A stretch of DNA of 64,000 nucleotides from NCBI GenBank assembly GCA_016705325.1, contig JADIYJ010000034.1, forward strand, positions 9,685-73,684, in the 5' to 3' direction. This document shows positions 50,277 to 60,353 of the stretch, piece after piece. The first letter of the stretch is position 1; the number at the start of each line of letters is the position of its first letter. This stretch comes from Pseudomonadota bacterium (GTDB lineage Bacteria > Pseudomonadota > Gammaproteobacteria > Steroidobacterales > Steroidobacteraceae). The notes under the pieces are model-generated. The model ran no database searches. It was not told the DNA's origin and was given only the letters and a program-made list of their open reading frames with translations. The position numbers were made by a program, and so were the translations under genes.

Positions 50277-53200
50277 ATGCTGAATCACCTCGTCGAACTA
50301 TCGCTGCGCTACAAGGTGCTGGTGCTGATCATCTTCGCCGTGATCGCTTTCCTCGGTCTGCGTGCCGTCCAGACGGTGCCGATCGATGCGTTCCCGGACG
50401 TGACGCCGGTGCAGGTGAGCATCTACACCGAGTCGCCGGGGCTCGCCGCCGAGGATGTCGAGCAACTGCTCACGTTCCCGGTCGAGTCGGCGATGGCCGG
50501 CCTGCCCAAAGTGCAGGCGATCCGCTCGGTCAGCCTGTTTGGGTTGTCCTTCGTCTCCGTCTACTTCGAAGACGACATGGACATCTACTTCGCGCGCCAG
50601 CTCACCAACGAGCGGTTGCAGGAGGTGGGCGATCGCCTGCCTGAGGGCTATGGCAAGCCGAGCATGGGGCCGAACGCGTCGGGCCTGGGGCAGGTGCTCT
50701 GGTACACCGTCGAGCGCGCGCCCGGTGTGACCGAGGAGCAGGTGAGCGACATGGACCTGCGCACGCTGCACGACTGGACGGTGCGGCTGATTCTGCGCAC
50801 CGCTCCCGGGGTGGACGACGTCACGTCCTGGGGCGGGGGTGAACGTCAGTACCAGGTGCGCATCGACCCGCAGCGCCTGTACGCCCGCGGCCTCGGTTTC
50901 AGCGACGTACTGAATGCGATCCCCGCCAACAACGGTCAGGTGGGCGGCAACGTGATGGACGTTGGTCGCGAGCAGTACCTGGTGCGCGGCCTCGGGCTGC
51001 TGAGTTCGGCCGAGGACATCGGTGCGATCGTGCTCAAGGCGGAGCACGGCGTGCCGGTGTACCTGCGCGACGTCGCCACCGTGGTCGAGGCGCCGGCGCC
51101 GCGCTTTGGCGCCGTGACCCGCGACGGCGAGGAAGTCGTCCTCGGCATGGCGCTCGCGCGCATTGGCGAGAATGCCAAGAACGTGGTGGACGAGGTGACT
51201 GCCAAGCTCGCCACGGTCAGCGCGGCGCTGCCCGAAGGCGTGGTGCTGAAGCCGATTTACCAGCGCACCGACCTCGTCAACAAAGCCGTCGGCACCGCCA
51301 CGACCGCGCTGGTCGAGGGCTCCGTGCTGGTGGCCATCGTGCTGTTTCTGTTCCTGGGCGAACTGCGCTCCGCGCTCGTTGTGATCGTGGCCTTGCCACT
51401 CGCGATGCTGATCGCCTTCATCGGCATGCAGCAGTTCGGCCTCTCGGCCAACCTGATGTCGCTCGCGGGACTCGCGATCGGTATCGGCATGATGGTGGAC
51501 GGTGCCGTCGTCATGGTGGAGAACGCGTTCCGCCTCATGGCCGAACGACAAGCCCGCGGCGAACGGGTCAATCGCACCTCGGCCGTTCTGGCCGCTGCAA
51601 AGGAAGTGGCGAACCCGATCGCGTTCGCCATCGGCATCATCATCGTGGTCTTCCTGCCGCTGTTCGCGCTCGAAGGGCTCGAAGGCAAGCTCTTCAAGCC
51701 GATGGCGTTCACGATCGCGTTCGCGATGGGTCGCTTGCTGATCCTGTCGCTCACGCTGATCCCGGTGCTGGCCTCGCTGATCCTGAAGCCGAAGTCCGAG
51801 AAGGACACTCGTTTCGTGGCCTGGCTCAAGCGTCGCTACCGTCCGATTCTCGAGTGGGCACTCGGGCGCAAGCATCTCGTGCTCGGCATCGCGCTCGCGG
51901 CGCTCACGGGCAGCCTCGCGCTCTTTCCGTTCCTCGGCAAGGAGTTCATGCCGCAGCTGCAGGAAGGCTCGATCATGTGGCGCGTGACCTCGATTCCCTC
52001 GACCTCGCTCGACGAATCGATCGCCGTATCGAAGACGATCGCCGAGGCGTTCAAGCGCTTCCCCGAAGTCGAAACGACGCTCGCCATGATCGGTCGCGCC
52101 GAGAAAGGCGAGACGGCGGACGTGAACTACATGGAGATCTACACCGCGCTCAAGGACCCGGACACCTGGGACACGGGACGCACGATCAAGGACCTCGAGG
52201 ACGCCATGCAGGAGACCCTCGAGGAAGTCGTGCCCACCACGGTGCCGAGTTACACGCAGCCGATCCAGATGCGGGTCGAAGAGCTGATTTCAGGCGTGCG
52301 GGCAACGTTGGCGCTGAAGCTCTACGGCGAGGACCTGGGCGAACTCGATCGCCTGAGTGCACAGCTTAAGGACGTCCTGGCCAAGGTCCCGGGCGTCACT
52401 GACCTGTCGCTGGAGGCGAACGTCGGCAAGCCGCAGATCCGCATCGTGGTGAACCGCGCCGAGCTGGCCCGACATGGCATGAACGCCGAGGAGGTCCTGA
52501 CGGTGGTCCGCAATGGCCTCGGCGGCGAGCCGGTCAGCGTGCTGCTCGACGGCGTGAAGCGCTTCGACATCGCCGTGCGGCTCGACGACGCCACGCGGGC
52601 CTCGGTCGAGGACCTGCGCCGCATTCCGTTGCGCACCGCGACCGGCGCCGTGCTGCCATTGGCCGAAGTCGCGGAAGTGAGCGTGGCGGAGGGCTACTCG
52701 TTCGTACGCCGCGAGCAGCTGCAGCGCTACGCCGTCATCCAGATGGACGTACGCGGCCGCGATGTCGATGGGTTCGTGAAAGAGGCTGGAGCCGCACTCG
52801 ACGCCGCAGTTGAATTGCCGCCGGGTTACTGGATCGAATGGGGCGGCGCGTTCGAGAACCAGCAGCGGGCGCTGGCGAAGCTCGCGGTGATCGTGCCGGT
52901 GACTATCTTCTTCATCTTCCTGCTGCTCTACACGGCTTTCAACTCGGTGAAGTACGCGGCCCTGATCCTCGCCAACGTGCCGTTCGCGACGCTGGGCGGC
53001 ATCGTGGCATTGTTCATCACCGGGCAGTACCTGTCGGTGCCGTCGGCCATCGGCTTCATTGCCGTGTTTGGCGTGGCCATGCTGAACGGCATCGTGCTGG
53101 TCAGCTTCCTCAACGAACTGCGCGACAAGGGGTTGAGTGTGCGCGATGCGGTGACCGAGGGAACGGCCCTGCGGCTGCGGCCGGTGCTGATGACCGCGAG

Positions 53201-53390
53201 TGTCGCGATCCTGGGCCTGGTGCCCATGCTGCTGTCCTCGGGCGTCGGTGCCGAAACGCAGCGGCCGCTCGCCACGGTCGTCGTCGGTGGCCTGCTGAGT
53301 TCGACCCTGCTCACCCTGTTGTTGCTGCCCGTGCTGTACGAATGGCTGGAAACGCGCACCGCCGCATCGACCGAGGAGACCCCATCATGA
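50277..53390 (+). CDS. czcA: CusA/CzcA-family heavy-metal RND efflux pump
   Basis: 1037 aa with IDAFPDVTPVQVSIYTESPGLAAEDVEQLLTFPVE and 12-TM RND topology. Confidence 0.93.
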   Translation: MLNHLVELSLRYKVLVLIIFAVIAFLGLRAVQTVPIDAFPDVTPVQVSIYTESPGLAAEDVEQLLTFPVESAMAGLPKVQAIRSVSLFGLSFVSVYFEDDMDIYFARQLTNERLQEVGDRLPEGYGKPSMGPNASGLGQVLWYTVERAPGVTEEQVSDMDLRTLHDWTVRLILRTAPGVDDVTSWGGGERQYQVRIDPQRLYARGLGFSDVLNAIPANNGQVGGNVMDVGREQYLVRGLGLLSSAEDIGAIVLKAEHGVPVYLRDVATVVEAPAPRFGAVTRDGEEVVLGMALARIGENAKNVVDEVTAKLATVSAALPEGVVLKPIYQRTDLVNKAVGTATTALVEGSVLVAIVLFLFLGELRSALVVIVALPLAMLIAFIGMQQFGLSANLMSLAGLAIGIGMMVDGAVVMVENAFRLMAERQARGERVNRTSAVLAAAKEVANPIAFAIGIIIVVFLPLFALEGLEGKLFKPMAFTIAFAMGRLLILSLTLIPVLASLILKPKSEKDTRFVAWLKRRYRPILEWALGRKHLVLGIALAALTGSLALFPFLGKEFMPQLQEGSIMWRVTSIPSTSLDESIAVSKTIAEAFKRFPEVETTLAMIGRAEKGETADVNYMEIYTALKDPDTWDTGRTIKDLEDAMQETLEEVVPTTVPSYTQPIQMRVEELISGVRATLALKLYGEDLGELDRLSAQLKDVLAKVPGVTDLSLEANVGKPQIRIVVNRAELARHGMNAEEVLTVVRNGLGGEPVSVLLDGVKRFDIAVRLDDATRASVEDLRRIPLRTATGAVLPLAEVAEVSVAEGYSFVRREQLQRYAVIQMDVRGRDVDGFVKEAGAALDAAVELPPGYWIEWGGAFENQQRALAKLAVIVPVTIFFIFLLLYTAFNSVKYAALILANVPFATLGGIVALFITGQYLSVPSAIGFIAVFGVAMLNGIVLVSFLNELRDKGLSVRDAVTEGTALRLRPVLMTASVAILGLVPMLLSSGVGAETQRPLATVVVGGLLSSTLLTLLLLPVLYEWLETRTAASTEETPS

Positions 53391-53704
53391 AGCGCATCAC
53401 TGCCCTGCTCCACCCGAACCGCATCGGTGAAGTCGTGCACGAGCTGGCGGCGGCAGGCCACCGCCGCTTCAGCGTGGTCCACGGCCTGGGTCTGTTGCAG
53501 GCCCTGAGTACCCGCGAGCAGACCTATTCGGTTGAGCTGGGCGAACTCATCACCCAGCAGATCCAGCTCGATGTGTACTGCGTGGACGACGAGCTGCCCA
53601 GCGTCGTGGACCTGATCCAGCGCAATGGCAGAACAGGTCAGGCGACGTCGGGGTGGCTGTTCGTCTCCAGCATTGACCACGCGTACGCGATCGACGGCAA
53701 CTGA
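53387..53704 (+). CDS. PII (GlnB/GlnK)-like small signal-transduction-fold protein, translationally coupled to czcA
   Basis: 105 aa. MKRITALLHPNRIGEVVHELAAAGHRRFSVVHGLG...IQLDVYCVDDELPSVVDLIQRNGRTGQATSGWLFVSSIDHAYAI aligns by eye along its whole length with PII (MKKIEAIIKP.KLD.V...L...G..G.TV..V.G.G...G.GKIFV..V). ATGA overlap with the czcA stop. Confidence 0.7.
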   Translation: MKRITALLHPNRIGEVVHELAAAGHRRFSVVHGLGLLQALSTREQTYSVELGELITQQIQLDVYCVDDELPSVVDLIQRNGRTGQATSGWLFVSSIDHAYAIDGN

Positions 53705-53705
53705 C

Positions 53706-54605
53706 ATGGGTCATGGCCACGATCACGGACTCAGCGAGGTACGCCACGAACGGCCGCTGTGGTGGGCACTGGGACTCACCGGCACGTTCCTCATCGCCGA
53801 GGTCATTGGCGGCTTGCTGACCAACAGCCTGGCGCTGCTGTCGGATGCCGCACACATGGCGACCGACACGGCCGGTCTCGTCATTGCACTGGTCGCGGTG
53901 CGCCTGGCTCGCCGGCCACCGGATGCCCGGCGCACGTTTGGGTATGCGCGTCTCGAAGCGTTAGGCGCGCTTGCGAACGGCGCGCTGCTGCTCGGGGTGG
54001 CAGCCTACATCCTGTGGGAGGCCGTTGGCCGGTTCCGCGCGCCCCCGCCCGTGGCCGCGACCGGCATGCTGCTGGTGGCCGTCGCCGGCCTGATCGTCAA
54101 TCTCATCGCAATGCGCTTGCTCAAGGCCGGCAGCGGCGAGAGCCTGAACGTCAAAGGCGCCTACCTCGAAGTCTGGAGCGACATGCTGGGCTCACTCGGC
54201 GTGCTGATCGCGGCTGCGCTCATCAAGCTGACCGACTGGCTGATTCTTGATCCCATTCTGGCTGTATTGATTGGTCTCTGGGTGCTGCCGCGCACCTGGA
54301 CGCTGGCGCGCGAGGCCATCAACGTCCTGCTGGAAGGCGTGCCGCATGGGACGGACCTGCCGGCGGTTCGCACTGCCATCCTCCGTCAGCCCGGGGTGAC
54401 CGGCGTTCATGACCTGCACGTCTGGGCGCTCGGGTCCAGGCAGGCGGTCCTGGCGGCGCACGTGATCGCGGACGCCGGCACGGACGCGGCTGCGCTCCGA
54501 CGGCGCATCAATGAGTCCCTGCACGATGGCTTTGGAATCGAGCATTCCACGTTGCAGGTGGAATCGAGTGACTGCGGCGTGCAGGACTGCGGCCGCACGA
54601 GTTAA
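53706..54605 (+). CDS. czcD: Cation diffusion facilitator (CDF) transporter
   Basis: His-rich start MGHGHDHG and LLSDAAHMATD, with HD pairs in TM2/TM5 typical of the CzcD/ZitB family. Confidence 0.9.
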   Translation: MGHGHDHGLSEVRHERPLWWALGLTGTFLIAEVIGGLLTNSLALLSDAAHMATDTAGLVIALVAVRLARRPPDARRTFGYARLEALGALANGALLLGVAAYILWEAVGRFRAPPPVAATGMLLVAVAGLIVNLIAMRLLKAGSGESLNVKGAYLEVWSDMLGSLGVLIAAALIKLTDWLILDPILAVLIGLWVLPRTWTLAREAINVLLEGVPHGTDLPAVRTAILRQPGVTGVHDLHVWALGSRQAVLAAHVIADAGTDAAALRRRINESLHDGFGIEHSTLQVESSDCGVQDCGRTS

Positions 54606-54828
54606 CCGAAGTTTCCGATCAGCCGAAGAGCCAAGCGAAACCGTCCGAACGCAGGGCACCGGGAACCAGAGGCAGTACCAGTCGTCACGGGGAGCCGATT
54701 CAGCCGGTTGGGCATCGTTGTCCTGGCCCTTGCACTGGCGACGCACTGGCATCCACACCTCCGTTGGCTCGGCTCAAATGCGTCTGCCGGTGGTGAGGTT
54801 GCACCACCTGATGCTGCCCGCAACGGGC

Positions 54829-54874
54829 GCGTGTCTGCCTTTCCAAGCTCGGGAAGAACGACTGGATCGACCGC
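54829..54874. repeat. REP-like half element D (core + one arm, reverse orientation)
   Basis: gcgtgtctgcctttcc (reverse complement of the core) + aa + gctcgggaagaacgactggatcgaccgc, which matches the arm of element A. It lies between the czcD end and the accC end, at the right edge of the accessory block. Confidence 0.8.
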
Positions 54875-54914
54875 CTGTGCTGCCCCTTCTTTCAGCGACT
54901 CCACCGCCGCGAAG

Positions 54915-56258
<1,344 letters not shown>

Positions 56259-56273
56259 CGGGGCGGTGCTCGG

Positions 56274-56747
56274 TTATTCGATGACGAAGAGCGGCTGGCC
56301 GAACTCGACCGGATCGCCGTTCTTCGCCAGCACGGACACGATGCGTCCGGCCTTGTCCGACTCGATCTGGTTCATCATCTTCATGGCCTCGATGATGCAG
56401 AGCACGTCGCCCGGCTTCACTTCCGAGCCGATGTCGACGAAAGGCTTGGCGCCAGGCGCCGGAGCCGAATAGAACGTGCCGACCATCGGTGCCGTGACCG
56501 TCTGGTCCGCGGACGCAGCGGCCGGGGCTGGTGTGGCGGCCGGCGCGGCCGACACTGCAGGCGCCGCCGGTGCGGCCGCCGGTGCGGGGGGCGGGCCGTA
56601 CAGCATGTGCTGCGGCATCATCGCGTACGTGGCGCCGGTCGGGTGCCGGCTGATGCGGACCGACTCTTCGCCTTCCTTGATCTCGATCTCGGCGACGCCG
56701 GTCTCGTCGAGCAGCTCGATCAGCTTCTTGACCTTGCGGATGTCCAT
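56274..56747 (-). CDS. accB: Acetyl-CoA carboxylase biotin carboxyl carrier protein
   Basis: A Pro/Ala linker and the biotinylation motif CIIEAMKMMNQIE. Confidence 0.95.
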   Translation of the reverse strand: MDIRKVKKLIELLDETGVAEIEIKEGEESVRISRHPTGATYAMMPQHMLYGPPPAPAAAPAAPAVSAAPAATPAPAAASADQTVTAPMVGTFYSAPAPGAKPFVDIGSEVKPGDVLCIIEAMKMMNQIESDKAGRIVSVLAKNGDPVEFGQPLFVIE

Positions 56748-56773
56748 CTTGGTGTGGTCCCCCGGAGCGCGAA

Positions 56774-57244
56774 TCAGTTGGGCGGCGGTGCGTTGCCAGG
56801 CTTGTCAGCGGCGAGCTGGTGGCTGGCGGCGCGCAGCGCCAGTTCGTAACCGACGGCGCCGAGACCACTGATGGTCCCGACCGCGATGTCGGAGAAGTAG
56901 GTGTGGTGCCTGAACGTTTCGCGCGCGTGCACGTTGCTCAGGTGGACCTCGATGAAAGGAATCCTGACCGCCAGCAACGCGTCACGGAGTGCGACGCTCG
57001 TGTGCGTGAAGCCGGCCGGGTTGAAGACGATGAAGGCAACGTGGCTGTCCGGCGCCTGGTGGATGCAGTCGATCAGCTCGGCTTCCGCGTTGCTTTGCCT
57101 GGCAGTCAACTTATGTCCAAACTCCGCCGCCAGCTTCGTGGCCTGCGCATGAATCTGTTCGAGCGTAACCTGACCGTAGACACCAGGCTCGCGACTGCCG
57201 AGCAGGTTCAGGTTGGGTCCGTTCAGAAGCAGGATGTGCGCCAT
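56774..57244 (-). CDS. aroQ: Type II 3-dehydroquinate dehydratase
   Basis: [21 protein letters not shown] and [15 protein letters not shown]. Confidence 0.95.
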   Translation of the reverse strand: MAHILLLNGPNLNLLGSREPGVYGQVTLEQIHAQATKLAAEFGHKLTARQSNAEAELIDCIHQAPDSHVAFIVFNPAGFTHTSVALRDALLAVRIPFIEVHLSNVHARETFRHHTYFSDIAVGTISGLGAVGYELALRAASHQLAADKPGNAPPPN

Positions 57245-57354
57245 GGCCTTGGGGCTGGGTGGAGGCGTGGGTGGGCGCGCAGTCTACCCCCACCTGTCGC
57301 CAATTGGCGACGGTTTTCTGCTCCGGTTCGCCGGAGTTAGCGCCGTATCCAAGC

Positions 57355-58038
57355 TTATCCGGCGCTTTTCTGCTCTGTCGTGGGCGGCAGCGCCGCGAGG
57401 GCGGCGGTGATGGCCCGGCGGGCCTGGGCGGGATCGGTCCGGCCTGCGTTCACGTCGGAGACCGCGCCAAGGATGAGGTCCGCTTCGTCCGCGGTCAACT
57501 CACCCATGTGCAGGGCGATCACCCGGCCGCTCGTGTCCGTGAAGATCGTGAACGGGAGGCCCACTGCGTCGACGCCGAACGCGGCAGCCGCGTCCAGCGC
57601 GTCCTGCTCGCCGATCAGCATCGGGTAGTCGATCTGCATCTCCTTGGCGTAGGCGAGGACCTTGTCACGGAAGTCGATGGCGATGCCGACCACCTGGAAG
57701 TTGTCCTTGGCACGATCCGCAGCCAGCTGCTTGAGCAGGGGGATCTCGCGACGGCAGGGCGCGCACCACGTCGCCCAGAAATTGACGATCAGCGCCTTGC
57801 CCTTCCAGTCGTCCTTCAGCGAGCGCAGGGTGCCGTCGCTGTCGGCCAGCTTGAACTCCGGAATGACCGCGGCGAGTTGCGTCTTCGGTGCGGCCGCGGG
57901 GTCGGTGGTCGCCTGATCCGGTGTTGGGACCTCGACGGCGACCGGAGCGGTCGTGCGCGGCCTGATGACGACGTAATAGCCGGCCGCGCCGGCAAGACCG
58001 GCCAGCGCTGCGATGAGAATGAGCGCGCGCCCTGTCAT
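57355..58038 (-). CDS. TlpA-family thiol:disulfide oxidoreductase (membrane-anchored thioredoxin-like)
   Basis: The ATG at 58038 overlaps the dsbD TGA (ATGA). A TM anchor, then NFWATWCAPCRREIP (CxxC). Confidence 0.85.
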   Translation of the reverse strand: MTGRALILIAALAGLAGAAGYYVVIRPRTTAPVAVEVPTPDQATTDPAAAPKTQLAAVIPEFKLADSDGTLRSLKDDWKGKALIVNFWATWCAPCRREIPLLKQLAADRAKDNFQVVGIAIDFRDKVLAYAKEMQIDYPMLIGEQDALDAAAAFGVDAVGLPFTIFTDTSGRVIALHMGELTADEADLILGAVSDVNAGRTDPAQARRAITAALAALPPTTEQKSAG

Positions 58039-60353
58039 CGTGGCTGGACTGCGAACGCCTGCTGGACGTGCGGCGCAAATTCGTCTGCCGGCTTGAAGCC
58101 CACGACGCGATACGCCGTCCTTTCGGCACCGTCCGTGCCGAAGAACAGGATCGACGGCGGTCCGAGGATGCCGAAGCGCTGCATCAGTGCCTGGTCGAGG
58201 TCGTCGTTCGCCGTGACGTCGGCCTGCAACAGCACGCTGCCCGCCAGCGCGGCCTGCACGGACGGTTCGGGGAACGTGTACTTCTCCATCTCCTTGCAGG
58301 ACACGCACCAGTCCGCGTAGAAATCGAGCATCACGGTCTTGCCAGAAGCATTCGCGGCGGCGATCGCGGCATCGAGGTCGGCGAGGCTCTTGATGCGCTT
58401 GAAGTGCGCTCCGGCCTGGACCGCGCCCGAGGCGGTTGCACCGGGAGTCCCCGCAGGAGTGCCGATCACGCCGGCCAGCGGCTGCAGCGGATCGCTGCGA
58501 CCCGACAGCGCGCCCACCAGCATCAGCACGCCGTAAATCGCGGCGAGCACGCCGAGCCCGCGCCGGACCACGGTCGAGCCGCGGTTCTTGTCGCGGCCAC
58601 CCATCATCAGCAGCCAATACCCCGTGACGAAGACAAGCGCCGCCCAGAGTGCCAGCGTGACGGGACCGGGCAGGATGCGGCCCAGCATCCAGATCGCCAC
58701 GCCGAGCATCATGATGCCGAACACCTGCTTGACGGTGTCCATCCAGGCACCCGCGCGCGGTAGCAGTTCGCCGGCCGAGGCGCCCACCAGCAGCAGCGGT
58801 GCGCCCATGCCGAGACTCATCGCGAACAACGCCGCACCGCCGCGGAACACGTCACCGCTCTGGCCGATCACGGCGAGCGAGGCGACCAGCGGCGGCGCGA
58901 CGCAGGCCGTCACGATCAGCGACGACAGCGCGCCCATGATTGCGGTGCCGAGCAACGTACCCTGCTGCTGCCGGTCGCTGAGGCGCGAGACGCGCTCCTG
59001 CAGCCAACCCGGCACCTGCAGGTTGAAGAGCCCGAACATGCCGAGCGCCAGCCACACGAACAGGGCGGCAAACAGCACGATCATCCACGGCTTCTGGAAG
59101 AACGCCTGCGCCTGCTGGCCGGCGGCCGCGAACGCGGCGCCGGCAACCGTATAAGTGAGTGCCATGCCGAGCACGTAGGCCAGCGACAACGCGAACGCGC
59201 GGCTGCGCGGGACGGGCTTGCCGCCGCCGGCGCCGACGATGATGCCGGACAGGATCGGCACCATCGGCAGCACGCAGGGCGTGAAGGCGAGCAGCAGGCC
59301 GAAGCCGAAAAAGGTCGCCAGCACGGCGAGCAGGTTGCCGTCGCGGATCTTGTCGGCGAGCAGGTCCTGCTCCGAGCGCATGGGTTCCGGAGCGCCAGCC
59401 GCTGCAGCGGCGACCGTCGTTGATGCAAGCGGCACGACCACGGTCTTCCTGATCGGCGGGTAGCAGAGGCCGGCATCGGCACAACCCTGGTACGTGATTT
59501 CGAGCGGCACCTCGGCGACACCCGCTGCGGCGACAACCGGCACGTCGGCGAGCATCTGGTCGTGGAAGACGACCTGTTCGCCGAAGTACTCGTCGTGTTG
59601 CTGTTCCCCGCCGGGGATCGACACGCTGCCGAGTTGCACGCCGGCTGCTGCCGACTTGACCGTGACCTTGTCGCGATAGAGGTAGTAGTCGTCGGCGATG
59701 TCCCAGCGCAGTCGCACGCGGTCGCGCGAGGTGCTCTCCGCCGAGAACACGAAGGCCTGGTCGGCGGGCAGGAAATCCGCGTCGGACTTGGCGCCGCTGC
59801 CGAGCAGCGAACGCAGGTTGAAGCCGCTGCTTTTCGCGGGCGTAGCACCAGCGACGGGAACCGGCGGAGTGCCGGCGACGCCCATGGGCCACGTCACCGG
59901 CACTGTCCAGGTCTGCGGCGGGTAGCAGAGGCCCGCATCGGCGCAGCCCTGCAGTTTCACCTTGACGTCGAAATCCCGGGGTGTGCCGCTGAAGGTGACC
60001 GGTACGCCAACCTGCGCATTGTCGCGATAGATGACCTGCTTGCCGAAGAACTCGTCCTCGTGGTCGAGGCCGACGGGCAGGCTCGCCGTGCCGAGCGTGA
60101 CGCCCGGCGTGGCCGATTCGAAGCCGAGCCGGTCGCGGTAGAGGTAATAGCCGGGAGCGATGTCGAAGCGGACGACGAGTTCATCCGGCGCTGCCGATGT
60201 TGCCACCTTGTACGCGGAGCGCACGGGGAGGAAGTCATCGTCGGCGGCGAAGCCCGGTCGTGCGGCGGCAAAGAGCGGCAGCAGCACCAGCAGGCGCAGG
60301 CATCGGCTGACGAACAACGAGGGGGCGTTTGGCATTGGATAGCGATGATGCAC
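58035..60353 (-). CDS. dsbD: Protein-disulfide reductase DsbD with two tandem N-terminal alpha domains
   Basis: 772 aa. [12 protein letters not shown] occurs twice (aa ~135-146 and ~289-300). The TM core has [12 protein letters not shown], and the C-terminal thioredoxin domain has [12 protein letters not shown]. The start could also be the ATG six codons downstream. Confidence 0.9.
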   Translation of the reverse strand: MHHRYPMPNAPSLFVSRCLRLLVLLPLFAAARPGFAADDDFLPVRSAYKVATSAAPDELVVRFDIAPGYYLYRDRLGFESATPGVTLGTASLPVGLDHEDEFFGKQVIYRDNAQVGVPVTFSGTPRDFDVKVKLQGCADAGLCYPPQTWTVPVTWPMGVAGTPPVPVAGATPAKSSGFNLRSLLGSGAKSDADFLPADQAFVFSAESTSRDRVRLRWDIADDYYLYRDKVTVKSAAAGVQLGSVSIPGGEQQHDEYFGEQVVFHDQMLADVPVVAAAGVAEVPLEITYQGCADAGLCYPPIRKTVVVPLASTTVAAAAAGAPEPMRSEQDLLADKIRDGNLLAVLATFFGFGLLLAFTPCVLPMVPILSGIIVGAGGGKPVPRSRAFALSLAYVLGMALTYTVAGAAFAAAGQQAQAFFQKPWMIVLFAALFVWLALGMFGLFNLQVPGWLQERVSRLSDRQQQGTLLGTAIMGALSSLIVTACVAPPLVASLAVIGQSGDVFRGGAALFAMSLGMGAPLLLVGASAGELLPRAGAWMDTVKQVFGIMMLGVAIWMLGRILPGPVTLALWAALVFVTGYWLLMMGGRDKNRGSTVVRRGLGVLAAIYGVLMLVGALSGRSDPLQPLAGVIGTPAGTPGATASGAVQAGAHFKRIKSLADLDAAIAAANASGKTVMLDFYADWCVSCKEMEKYTFPEPSVQAALAGSVLLQADVTANDDLDQALMQRFGILGPPSILFFGTDGAERTAYRVVGFKPADEFAPHVQQAFAVQPR

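Noticed and set aside
57297-57310. Perfect 14-nt palindrome tcgccaattggcga followed by TTTT as a terminator
   Set aside because: The stem is only 5 bp and the T-tract lies on the + strand, whereas both flanking genes (tlpA-like and aroQ) are transcribed on the minus strand. It is not convincing as a terminator.
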